The notes under the pieces: generated by a model
The model's database searches: none
What the model was told of the DNA's origin: nothing
Seen by the model: the letters and a program-made list of their open reading frames with translations, nothing else
Part shown: positions 9,621-17,739 of the stretch, one piece after another
Layout of the letters: each line of letters starts with the position of its first letter
Numbering within the stretch: position 1 is the stretch's first letter
Position numbers and translations under genes: made by a program
Source: Candidatus Latescibacterota bacterium
Lineage (GTDB): Bacteria; Latescibacterota; UBA2968; GCA-2709665
Direction of reading: 5' to 3'
DNA length: 64,000 nt
NCBI GenBank assembly: GCA_965248435.1
Contig: OZ252100.1
Span: 3,520,001 to 3,584,000 of the forward strand

Positions 9621-10409
9621 CTAGGGTTTGTACATCTGCTGAAGCAGGATGCTGAAATCGGATCCCATACCTGCGAAGAACTTCATCAAGACCGTGTTGA
9701 AAAAGGGCAGGGAGAGCATTATGACCCCCATCCCGATCCCGATCTTGAGGGGGAAACCGACGACGAAGACGTTCATCTGTGGCACGGTGCGGGCAGTGAT
9801 GCCAAGGGCCAGGGAGGTCAGAAAGAGCGCCGCAATGACGGGGGCCGCCAGTTTGGCTGCCATGACGAAAACCCGAGAGGTCATCTGGATCAGGCCCTGA
9901 GCGAGCAGATCTGTAAACTGCATGCCGCCCAATGGCACCATCTCAAAACTCACCGCCAGGGTCTGCAATACGACGTGGTGACCGTTCACAAGGAGAAAGA
10001 CGACGACTGCGATCAAGTTCTTGAATGTCCCGATGATGGATATCTGTTCAGACGACAGCGGGTCTATGATGTTGACGACGCCAAAGCCGACATCGATTCC
10101 GATCACTTCCCCAGCGAATTGTACGGCAAAGAAAATGAGCCTCGCGACGAAGCCGATCATCGTCCCCATGATGAGCTCTTTGACGACTGCAATCGCGTAA
10201 GGGATAAGCTCTACCGTAAGAGACAAGGTGATCGGTATGGCTGGATAGAGGACAATCGCAAGGGCCAGTGCAAGTCCCGCCTTGGCCTGCGAGAGTACGA
10301 TCCTGTGCCCGAATACAGGTGCGACTGCCACGATCCCGATCGTCCGAGTAAACACAAGCAGGAGGATTTGGAACTGGTTTACGGAGATGTCGAGAAAAGT
10401 CGTGTTCAT
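9621..10409 (-). CDS. fliR: Flagellar export protein FliR
   Basis: Multi-TM protein, RTVPQMNVFVVGFPLK motif, synteny. Confidence 0.95.
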   Translation of the reverse strand: MNTTFLDISVNQFQILLLVFTRTIGIVAVAPVFGHRIVLSQAKAGLALALAIVLYPAIPITLSLTVELIPYAIAVVKELIMGTMIGFVARLIFFAVQFAGEVIGIDVGFGVVNIIDPLSSEQISIIGTFKNLIAVVVFLLVNGHHVVLQTLAVSFEMVPLGGMQFTDLLAQGLIQMTSRVFVMAAKLAAPVIAALFLTSLALGITARTVPQMNVFVVGFPLKIGIGMGVIMLSLPFFNTVLMKFFAGMGSDFSILLQQMYKP

Positions 10410-10420
10410 GGGGAAGGCGA

Positions 10421-10690
10421 CTATCCGGCGATCGTGGGGATCTGGTTCATGAGACTAATAACGAAGGAAAGCATCTTTTGGATCATCCAGGGAAGCGCGA
10501 GCATCAGGGCCAGCGAAACCGCCAGGATCTTTGGAATGAATGTGAGCGTCACTTCGTGGATCTGAGTGACGGCCTGCAAGATGCTGATTCCCAGGCCGAT
10601 GAACAGGCCTGCGAGCAGCATGGGCGCGGAGATCTGAAGCATCAAATAGATGGCTTCTTGACCCAAATGGACAACGAACTGATGTGTCAC
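10421..10690 (-). CDS. fliQ: Flagellar export protein FliQ
   Basis: 89 aa, QAVTQIHEVTLTFIPK motif. Confidence 0.96.
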   Translation of the reverse strand: MTHQFVVHLGQEAIYLMLQISAPMLLAGLFIGLGISILQAVTQIHEVTLTFIPKILAVSLALMLALPWMIQKMLSFVISLMNQIPTIAG

Positions 10691-10711
10691 GGCCTTTTCC
10701 CGATACGGACG

Positions 10712-11485
10712 TTATCTAAAACTCAATACGAGGGACTGAACAATCAAGTGCCAGCCGTCGACCAGAACAAAGAGGAGAACCTTGAACGGGAGGGATACCG
10801 TTACAGGAGGCAACATCAGCATCCCCATGGAGAGCAATGTGCTGGATACGACCATGTCGATGATGATGAATGGGATAAAGAGCACGAAAGCGATCTGGAA
10901 GGCAGTCTTCAGTTCGCTGATGACAAAGCCGGGTATCAGCACTCGGTTGGTGAGATCCTCTGGCGTTGCCGGCCGGGGCGAGCGGGACAGTTTCACGAAC
11001 AGCGCGATGTCCTTCTCCCGCGTGTTTCGAAGCATAAACTCACGAATGGGATCCATGCCCAGCTTGAGGGCGACCTTGTGATCGATCTGTTCCTCCAGGT
11101 AGGGCTCAATCGCTGTATCATAAACTCTTTCCCACGTCGGCCCCATCACGAACAGGGTCAAGAAGAGGGAAAGGCCGACGACGAGCTGGGTAGGTGGAAT
11201 CTGCTGAGTCCCGATGGCCATCCGAAGGAAGGAAAGGACGACTACGATTCGGGTAAACGAAGTCAGCATGATCAGGAGGGCCGGGGCCAACGTGAGGATG
11301 GTCAGGAGGAAGATGATCTGAAGCGTGACCGCGGCGTTTTGAGGATTTGAGGCCTCGTCCACCTCTATGCTGATTCGTGGGAGGCCCTGCGCTGAAGGCT
11401 CGTTCGAAACGAGAATCAGGAACATCATACTCAGAAGGAAGGTGCAGATTCCGATTCGGCGCAGGGATTTGTTGAAGCTCGTCAT
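10712..11485 (-). CDS. fliP: Flagellar export protein FliP
   Basis: TSFTRIVVVLSFLR, SELKTAFQI, MGMLMLPP, FVLVDGW. Confidence 0.97.
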   Translation of the reverse strand: MTSFNKSLRRIGICTFLLSMMFLILVSNEPSAQGLPRISIEVDEASNPQNAAVTLQIIFLLTILTLAPALLIMLTSFTRIVVVLSFLRMAIGTQQIPPTQLVVGLSLFLTLFVMGPTWERVYDTAIEPYLEEQIDHKVALKLGMDPIREFMLRNTREKDIALFVKLSRSPRPATPEDLTNRVLIPGFVISELKTAFQIAFVLFIPFIIIDMVVSSTLLSMGMLMLPPVTVSLPFKVLLFVLVDGWHLIVQSLVLSFR

Positions 11486-12003
11486 CAGGCCTTTTCCGTT
11501 TTAGGGAGTTCGCCCGAGAGGCGACCCCGAAGGTTGTTGAAGAGTTTGGCGAACGGGGGAAGGCCGCCATTTTCCTTTATCTGTTGATAGGCAGCCAGGG
11601 TCTGTTCCGAGTCGAGCTCGGTGAGCGTATTCATCTGGGCATCGGTGACCCCGACGGCGAGGACTCGACCGGCTACCTGGATGATGTAGACGGCCTTTTT
11701 GGGTGCGATATAGGTCCTGTCCAGAACGGTCACTTGGGATGCTCCCCTGCCGGGGGAGGCGTTGCTCGAGAGGCGGCGAAAGAGGAAGAGGGCTGCCCAG
11801 ATGAGCAGAATGACCGCTCCGAGGGAGAAAGCCATCCGCGTGACCAGGCTGGAAGGGTCGGGGATATCGGATACTGCAGAGAGCGAATCCTGGGCGGGGG
11901 TCGGGTTGAAGTTGTAGGTGTCGCTGAACTGGAATCCCTGTGCGGGGGCAGGGAAGACTGCCAGGACGAGGCTTAGTGTGAGCAATAACGCAGAGAGTGG
12001 CAC
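11485..12003 (-). CDS. fliO: Flagellar biosynthesis protein FliO
   Basis: Signal/TM helices then VLDRTYIAPKKAVYIIQVAGRVLAVGVT; immediately upstream of fliP. Confidence 0.85.
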   Translation of the reverse strand: MPLSALLLTLSLVLAVFPAPAQGFQFSDTYNFNPTPAQDSLSAVSDIPDPSSLVTRMAFSLGAVILLIWAALFLFRRLSSNASPGRGASQVTVLDRTYIAPKKAVYIIQVAGRVLAVGVTDAQMNTLTELDSEQTLAAYQQIKENGGLPPFAKLFNNLRGRLSGELPKTEKA

Positions 12004-12042
12004 GGGTTTCCCTCCTCAGGGGGGTGGGGACACCTCCTAGAG

Positions 12043-12058
12043 AGCAACCCATATGCCA
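12043..12058 (-). promoter_or_regulatory. Sigma54 (-24/-12) promoter for fliOPQR-flhB
   Basis: Minus strand TGGCAT-ATGGG-TTGCT matches TGGCAC-N5-TTGCW, 40 bp upstream of fliO. Confidence 0.8.
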
Positions 12059-12139
12059 GATCTGGAGGGAAGGGATTCGCGAGGGAATGCCGGGCACGTC
12101 CTGGAAGGGAAACGAGTGGGCGCGCCGCAAATTCAGGAA

Positions 12140-12152
12140 TAAGCTATTGATA
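12140..12152 (-). promoter_or_regulatory. IHF binding site
   Basis: TATCAATAGCTTA is an exact match to WATCAANNNNTTR, in an AT-rich patch ~80 bp upstream of the sigma54 site. Confidence 0.65.
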
Positions 12153-12324
12153 TTACAACGATTTAATCCAAAAAGTCCAAAGTCACCGGGCGTGTCCGAA
12201 TTGCCGGACAAGGGGGCGGAGTTGGCCGATGGACCGGCAGGGATTTCCCCTTACCGGCTGGATTTTCCCCTTGCGTTCGGTCTTGAGGGGAGGGAAGGGG
12301 CTGTTGGTGAGTGTATCGGGAGGG

Positions 12325-12843
12325 CTATCCTCTTGATCCGAGGTTGAAGATCTCAGTCAGGCGTACACCGAAGTTTTCGGAAATGGTGATCACTTCTCCG
12401 ATCGCATACTTCTTTCCGTTGACGAGGACGTCCACGGCATCGCCAGAGACCTTGTCGAGTTCGATTAGCGAACCCTCTGTCCATCCCAGGACAGTGTGGA
12501 TGGCCACATCGGTGTGGCCCAGTTCAATGGAGATCGGAATACTAATGTCCGTCAGCGGGCTCTTTCCCGGCTGTGCAGCGATCGCCCCGGCCGGGATCGG
12601 TCCCTGGACGGCGGTCTCCAGGGCGGACTCTGGATCCCCCGTTTCCTCCATCAGCGCCTGAAGCATGTCCGCCTCAAGGCCAGCTTCCGCATCTTCACCC
12701 GTTTCTGCCTGAGCCTGTTCGGCCGGTGCTTCCGCTTCGGCGGCCGGCTCTGCTTCCCCCGAGCCGGTTTCGGCGGCTTCCTCTTCCATCATGGCAGCCA
12801 TCTCTTCTTCTAGCTGGCGGTCTTGATCATTCTCTTCTGGCAT
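12325..12843 (-). CDS. fliN: C-ring protein FliN (SPOA domain with long acidic N-terminus)
   Basis: DISIPISIELG...GSLIELDK...VDVLVNGK..AIGEVITISENFGVRLTEI. Confidence 0.88.
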   Translation of the reverse strand: MPEENDQDRQLEEEMAAMMEEEAAETGSGEAEPAAEAEAPAEQAQAETGEDAEAGLEADMLQALMEETGDPESALETAVQGPIPAGAIAAQPGKSPLTDISIPISIELGHTDVAIHTVLGWTEGSLIELDKVSGDAVDVLVNGKKYAIGEVITISENFGVRLTEIFNLGSRG

Positions 12844-12865
12844 CGCAATTCCACCCTTGGTTGCT

Positions 12866-13663
12866 CTACTCTATGGGTTCTGGAGGATTCTCCCTGCCTT
12901 CTATCAGGACTCCGCGGTCTTCTATCGTTTTGTAAAGCTCTGTAGGCTTCAGGCCCATTCCACTCTCGTAGAGAACGTGGATTTCGACTCTCCGGTTCTG
13001 GTTCATGTTTTCCTCGGAGTCGTTTGGGACCAGCGGGCGATACTCGCTGTATCCCGTTATGGAGATCCGGTTGGGCGCGATCTTGCCGTTCTGGATGAGG
13101 TAACGTGCGACCGAAAGCGCCCGCATTCCAGACAGCTCCCAGTTGGACGCAAAGAATTCGGTGTTGATCGGGCGATTGTCAGTGTGCCCTTGAATATTGA
13201 TCTGGTTGCTCAACCCACTCAAGACATCTCCGACCTTTCCGAGCAACGGAAGCGCTTCCAGTTTGAGATTCGATTCTGCCAGGTCGAAGAACAGCTTGTC
13301 TGAGATCCGGATGATGATGCCGGAAGATGTCTCCTCCAGCATGACATCGCCCTGAAGCCCTGCATCCTCGATCGACTCCTCGAGTTCCTGAGAGGCCTTC
13401 GTCATGGATTCGGCCTGCGAAAGGTTGCCTTCCGTCTTGGGCAGGGACTGCCGGATGGAGAGGCTGAGTTGAGGCTCACCAGATAGAACACCGAGCGAAC
13501 CGGACAGGGCACCCATCGCGTGGTTGAATTGCTGCACGTTGACCGTTGAGAAGGAAATGAGGAGAACGAAGAAGGTCAGCAGGAGAGACATCAGGTCTCC
13601 GAAGGTGGCCAGCCAGCCCGGCAGGCCTTTAGGACAATCATCTTCTTTTATCTGCTTGCCCAC
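12866..13663 (-). CDS. motB: Stator protein MotB/PomB (downstream copy)
   Basis: WLATFGDLMSLLLTFFVL TM with conserved Asp; OmpA-like GHTD..SNWELS..RA..NRRVEI. Confidence 0.93.
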   Translation of the reverse strand: MGKQIKEDDCPKGLPGWLATFGDLMSLLLTFFVLLISFSTVNVQQFNHAMGALSGSLGVLSGEPQLSLSIRQSLPKTEGNLSQAESMTKASQELEESIEDAGLQGDVMLEETSSGIIIRISDKLFFDLAESNLKLEALPLLGKVGDVLSGLSNQINIQGHTDNRPINTEFFASNWELSGMRALSVARYLIQNGKIAPNRISITGYSEYRPLVPNDSEENMNQNRRVEIHVLYESGMGLKPTELYKTIEDRGVLIEGRENPPEPIE

Positions 13664-13696
13664 GAAAACTCCTTACTCAGGTGTATTGCAGACGAT

Positions 13697-14497
13697 TCAT
13701 CTTCGTCTGATGATGTCGCTTCCATCATCGCGCGAACCCTTCACGCCGTAGTCCTCGAACACCTCTGAGATAATTCTCAGGTTTCCGTCGTCTTCCCCCG
13801 CATAGAGGATGTGGATTTCCACCCTGCGGTTCTTCTGCCGCCCTTCCTCCGTCGCGTTCGAGGCGATCGGTCGATACTCGCCGTATCCTTCGGCCGCGAG
13901 TCGTCGCGGATAGATCGTCTCTTCCGTGATGAGATAGCGCACGAGATTGACGGCCCGCTGGAAGGAGAGCTCCCAGTTGGACGGAAATGGTCCCGACCGG
14001 ACGGGGCGGTTATCCGTGTAGCCCTGAACGACGATGTTATTGGGCAAAAGCTTCAGGATCGCCCCGATCTGAGAAATCACGGGGATGATGGATTCCCGAA
14101 ACTCCGCAACCCCAAGATCGTAGAGGACGGGGGCGCGAATTCGGATCACGAGGCCTGTGGCTGTCCCTTCAAGTGCCAGATCTCCTTCCATCCCTTCGTC
14201 CGAGAGGGTCTTTTCGAGGGCCTCGGCAGCCTTGCGGATGTTCTGCGACTGGTTGATGCTTCCCCGGACCATGGGGATGCTGATGAAGATGGGCTGGCTC
14301 ATCTCGGGTTCGGAGTCAAAGACACCCAGCGCCCCCTTCAGAGATCCCATGGCTTTGTTAAACTTGACTTCTTCCATCGAGGAGAAGGACAGGATGAGCA
14401 CGAAGAATGTCAGCAGCAGGGACATCAGGTCGCCAAAGGTAGCGAGCCACCCCGGCAATCCCTTCGGACATTCGTCTTCATCTATCATCTTCGCCAT
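13697..14497 (-). CDS. motB: Stator protein MotB/PomB (upstream copy)
   Basis: Same TM motif; GYTDN..SNWELS..NRRVEI. Confidence 0.93.
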   Translation of the reverse strand: MAKMIDEDECPKGLPGWLATFGDLMSLLLTFFVLILSFSSMEEVKFNKAMGSLKGALGVFDSEPEMSQPIFISIPMVRGSINQSQNIRKAAEALEKTLSDEGMEGDLALEGTATGLVIRIRAPVLYDLGVAEFRESIIPVISQIGAILKLLPNNIVVQGYTDNRPVRSGPFPSNWELSFQRAVNLVRYLITEETIYPRRLAAEGYGEYRPIASNATEEGRQKNRRVEIHILYAGEDDGNLRIISEVFEDYGVKGSRDDGSDIIRRR

Positions 14498-14499
14498 CG

Positions 14500-15273
14500 T
14501 TACTCCTCCGCCTCTTCTGAGGAGCTTCGCAGATTAGGCGCGATGAATACGTTCAGCTTCTGTTCGACGATGCGGGGATTATCTCCGGATTGGATCGACA
14601 TGATGCCTTCCATAATCATCCGCTTTTGCAGACCCTCCTCGGCGGACCGAACCTTGAGCTTGCCCGCAAAGGGGATGTAGATCAGGTTCGCGGTGACCGC
14701 GCCATAGAACGTCGTGATGAGCGCGGTGGCCATACCCGGCCCGATTGCGGATGGGTCATCCAGGTTCTGGAGCATGTTTACGAGCCCCACCAGGGTGCCG
14801 ATCATCCCGAAGGCCGGGCCTGCAGAGCCCATGAAGTCGAACACTCCGGCGCCCGATTTGTGCCGCTCGTCCACGAAGGAGAGCTCCGTCTCGAGGATCG
14901 TCTGGATCAGTTCGGGTTCGGTGCCATCCACCGCGAGCCGAATTCCGGAGCCCATGAAGGCATCGTCGATTTCCTGAACCGCCTGCTCCAGCGCCAGGAT
15001 GCCTTCTCGACGGGCGGTCTCCGCGAAACCCACAATCTTTTCGATCAACTCGGTCGGGGGGATGCTCTTGTGGAAGAAGGTCTTTTGCATCACGGCCACG
15101 ATTCCGACGATCTGGTTGAGTGGATAACAGACCATCGTGGCCGCAAGGGTCCCGCCGATGGTAATCAGCAGCGACGGGACGTCAAAAAAGTTGATGAGTG
15201 CGCCGCCGTTGAAAATTCCCATGATGATCAGGGTAAAACCGGCGACCAGACCTACGACAGTGGTGATGTCCAT
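14500..15273 (-). CDS. motA: Stator protein MotA/PomA
   Basis: ARREGILALE, PAFGMIGTLVGLVNML, ALITTFYG. Confidence 0.95.
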   Translation of the reverse strand: MDITTVVGLVAGFTLIIMGIFNGGALINFFDVPSLLITIGGTLAATMVCYPLNQIVGIVAVMQKTFFHKSIPPTELIEKIVGFAETARREGILALEQAVQEIDDAFMGSGIRLAVDGTEPELIQTILETELSFVDERHKSGAGVFDFMGSAGPAFGMIGTLVGLVNMLQNLDDPSAIGPGMATALITTFYGAVTANLIYIPFAGKLKVRSAEEGLQKRMIMEGIMSIQSGDNPRIVEQKLNVFIAPNLRSSSEEAEE

Positions 15274-15284
15274 TGCTTTACCCC

Positions 15285-15491
15285 CTATTGGGACCTAACC
15301 TCCGGGGCTGTCTGGAGGAACCGACGTTTGTATTCCACAACTTTTTCGATGATTTCATCGACGGATTCTTTTGCTACGACCTTTCGGCCTGTAGTCAGGG
15401 TAATGATCGAATCGGGGGTGGCCTCCAAAAACTCGATCAGCTCCGCATTGATGACTAAGACGGTATCGTTCAACCGCGTGATTTTGATCAT
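15285..15491 (-). CDS. flbD: FlbD/SwrD family flagellar protein
   Basis: MIKITRLN..LVINAELIEFLEATPDSIITLTTG; lies between flgE and motA. Confidence 0.9.
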   Translation of the reverse strand: MIKITRLNDTVLVINAELIEFLEATPDSIITLTTGRKVVAKESVDEIIEKVVEYKRRFLQTAPEVRSQ

Positions 15492-15518
15492 GGGGACACA
15501 CCTCCGATTACTTTTGGA

Positions 15519-15544
15519 GGAGGAGGGCCCGCCAGCCCTCCTCC
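15519..15544. terminator. GC-rich hairpin downstream of flgE (mRNA stabiliser or attenuator)
   Basis: GGAGGAGGGC-ccgcca-GCCCTCCTCC 10-bp stem; no U-tract on the minus strand. Confidence 0.45.
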
Positions 15545-15591
15545 CCTGGTTCTCTCCGAACGCCCGCTACAACTGCGCGGGCGTCAGATTA

Positions 15592-17559
15592 TTACTGTTT
15601 AAGGTTGACTGTCTCGGCCAGGATCTGATCCGTCGTGGTCACCACCCGGGCGTTCGCCTGGAACCCCCGCTGGGAGACGATCAAATCGGTAAATTCCTGG
15701 GCCAGATCGACGTTGGAGAGCTCGAGTGCCCCGGCTGTGATCTGGGACTCGATCGTCTCCGCCGCGATCTCGATCAGCGGCGGGCCTGTGTTCTCCGTCT
15801 CGGAGAAGATGTTTCCACCGAGACGGTTCAGACCCCCCGGGTTGTCGAAGTTGGCCAGGTTGACCCTCGCCAGGTTCAGGGTCTCGCCGTTCGTGAACCG
15901 TCCCTCGACCACACCGTCCACCCCGATGAAGAGGGTATCCAGACGTCCGGCGGACCGGCCGTTCTGGTCGACCACATCGGCCGTGGATGGGGCGGCGAAC
16001 TGGGTCAATCCGTTGATCCCACGTTCGGGAACCGAGAGACCGGTAAACTCGATCTTGAGCGGCAGGACCTCGCCGTCGGGCGTAAACTCGACGAGCGTGC
16101 CCTCACCCTCGATCGGCGTGAAGGACCGGACGGAGCCGTCCTCGTCGAAGACGACGACACCGGTCCCGCCAGAGGTGGGGAACTGGTTGTCGATCTTCGT
16201 CGTGTAGGTCCACCTGTTCGCGACCGTCGTCCTGGCCAGGGTGATGTCCATCACGTGCGTCCGGCCCTGGGAGTCGAAGATGATCGTGCTGATCTCGTGC
16301 TCCGTCAGGCCGGCCGTGCCGATCAGGCCGCTTCCTGAGCCCTGGTCATCCATGGTGATGTTCATCGTGAACCCGGTGACCGAGCCTCCGGCCGCCTCCT
16401 GGAGCGCGATCTTTCCGGTCAGGTCCAGACTGCCCGTCACGCTGTCGCCGAAGGCGGCGGCGACCGTGTCGAGGAAGTTCTGGACCGTATCCGTCAAGGG
16501 AGTCGCGACCGTGAAGGTGCCGTTGAACGAGCTGCCGTCGGCCCGTGTGCCGCTGAACCGAAGGACGTCGCCGGCATCGAAGGCGGTGCCCACCTGGGCC
16601 AGGTCGTTCAGCAGGGTGGTGCCGCTGGCCACATTACTGGCGGTTCCGGCTGCGCCGAAGACCAGGGTCGCCAGCGCAGTGCCCGTGCCGACATCGGCCA
16701 GCGTGAGCTGAACGCCGCTGCCGCCGCTGGTCGTGCGGATCTGCACGGAACCGGCCGCGGCCGGGTCCTCCTGGACGACGACCGCGCCTGCCAGCCGCTC
16801 GTTGCCGGAGATGGCCGCGTTGAAGGCGTCCACGAACTTGTCGATCGTGAGGTAGGTCGTGTCGGGGATCGTGACGATCCCGCTGGTGACGCCCTCAGGC
16901 GCTGTGATCGTGATCTCTATCTGCTGCGGAGTCGCTACCGTGACCGGAAACCCGGGTCCCCCCGAGATCACGGAAGCGGTTGCAAACTCTGTGCCTATCG
17001 TCAACGCGGGGATCGGTCCTGGATCGACGTTACCCGACAGGCTGAGCCTCGATGTGGCGACGCCGGCGATCTCCCGGTTGAGATCGAGCTGGATGTTTTC
17101 GAGTCCGGTGGTGGCTCCGAATTGCCCCTCGGCATCGGCGATATTACCCTGTACAACCATGCCGTTGCTGGGGTTGACGAGCCGACCCAGGGCGTCGAAT
17201 GCGAACGCCCCGTCGCGGGTGTAGAACCTGGTTACGCCATCGCTGAGGATGAAGAAGCCGTCCCCCTCGATGGCCAGGTCCGTCTCCCGGCCGGTGGTCT
17301 GCAGGCTGCCTTGAATGAAGGACGTATCGATGCTCTTGAGGCGTACCCCGATCCCAATCTGGGAGGGGTTTGTGCCCGAGCGGGACCCTCTGGGTCCTGT
17401 GGCCTCCTTCACGGTCTGTGCCAGCAGTTCCTCGAAGTTTGCCCGACGCGTCTTGAAACCCGTGGTGTTGATGTTGGCAATGTTATCGGCCACCACGTTT
17501 GTTCGGGATTGGTGTGCCTGGATCCCAGACAGACCTGTAAACAACGAGTTACCAGACAT
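15592..17559 (-). CDS. flgE: Flagellar hook protein FlgE (655 aa, large central insertion)
   Basis: ADNIANINTTGFK, TGRETDLAIEGDGFF, YTRDGAF, LELSNVDLAQEFTDLIVSQRGFQANAR; ATG at 17559 with GGAGG SD. Confidence 0.93.
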   Translation of the reverse strand: MSGNSLFTGLSGIQAHQSRTNVVADNIANINTTGFKTRRANFEELLAQTVKEATGPRGSRSGTNPSQIGIGVRLKSIDTSFIQGSLQTTGRETDLAIEGDGFFILSDGVTRFYTRDGAFAFDALGRLVNPSNGMVVQGNIADAEGQFGATTGLENIQLDLNREIAGVATSRLSLSGNVDPGPIPALTIGTEFATASVISGGPGFPVTVATPQQIEITITAPEGVTSGIVTIPDTTYLTIDKFVDAFNAAISGNERLAGAVVVQEDPAAAGSVQIRTTSGGSGVQLTLADVGTGTALATLVFGAAGTASNVASGTTLLNDLAQVGTAFDAGDVLRFSGTRADGSSFNGTFTVATPLTDTVQNFLDTVAAAFGDSVTGSLDLTGKIALQEAAGGSVTGFTMNITMDDQGSGSGLIGTAGLTEHEISTIIFDSQGRTHVMDITLARTTVANRWTYTTKIDNQFPTSGGTGVVVFDEDGSVRSFTPIEGEGTLVEFTPDGEVLPLKIEFTGLSVPERGINGLTQFAAPSTADVVDQNGRSAGRLDTLFIGVDGVVEGRFTNGETLNLARVNLANFDNPGGLNRLGGNIFSETENTGPPLIEIAAETIESQITAGALELSNVDLAQEFTDLIVSQRGFQANARVVTTTDQILAETVNLKQ

Positions 17560-17672
17560 CTCTTGTGACCTCCATAGAGATGGTATCCACTGCCTCAATC
17601 GATCGGCAGCGGTGGGGCCTCCTCACTTGAGGTCCAGCCCCGGGGTGGTCCAACCTCCCAACCGCCCGTTCC
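17557..17672 (-). ncRNA. Candidate structured cis-regulatory leader of flgE
   Basis: Three consecutive hairpins: 17614-17641 with internal loop, 17587-17612 with GA..UGA-bounded loop, 17557-17582 covering the AUG. Confidence 0.55.
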
Positions 17673-17678
17673 CGTTAA

Positions 17679-17707
17679 AAAGTAAGGCGTTCGCTACTCA
17701 ACGTCAA
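17679..17707 (-). promoter_or_regulatory. Putative internal sigma70-type promoter for flgE
   Basis: Minus strand TTGACG-N17-TACTTT just upstream of the structured leader. Confidence 0.5.
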
Positions 17708-17739
17708 ACTCCGCGATCAAGCAGGGTTGTCGATCCGCC

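Noticed and set aside
11501-12211. 236-aa minus-strand ORF as a missing fliL or fliM
   Set aside because: It overlaps fliO out of frame, spans the promoter region and has no TM or FliM motifs
14590-16338. Long antisense ORFs (582 aa here; also 6635-7930, 9342-10565, 23169-24533, 39822-41111, 41252-42664, 61333-62733)
   Set aside because: They are shadow frames opposite well-supported genes in GC-rich DNA and carry no recognisable motifs
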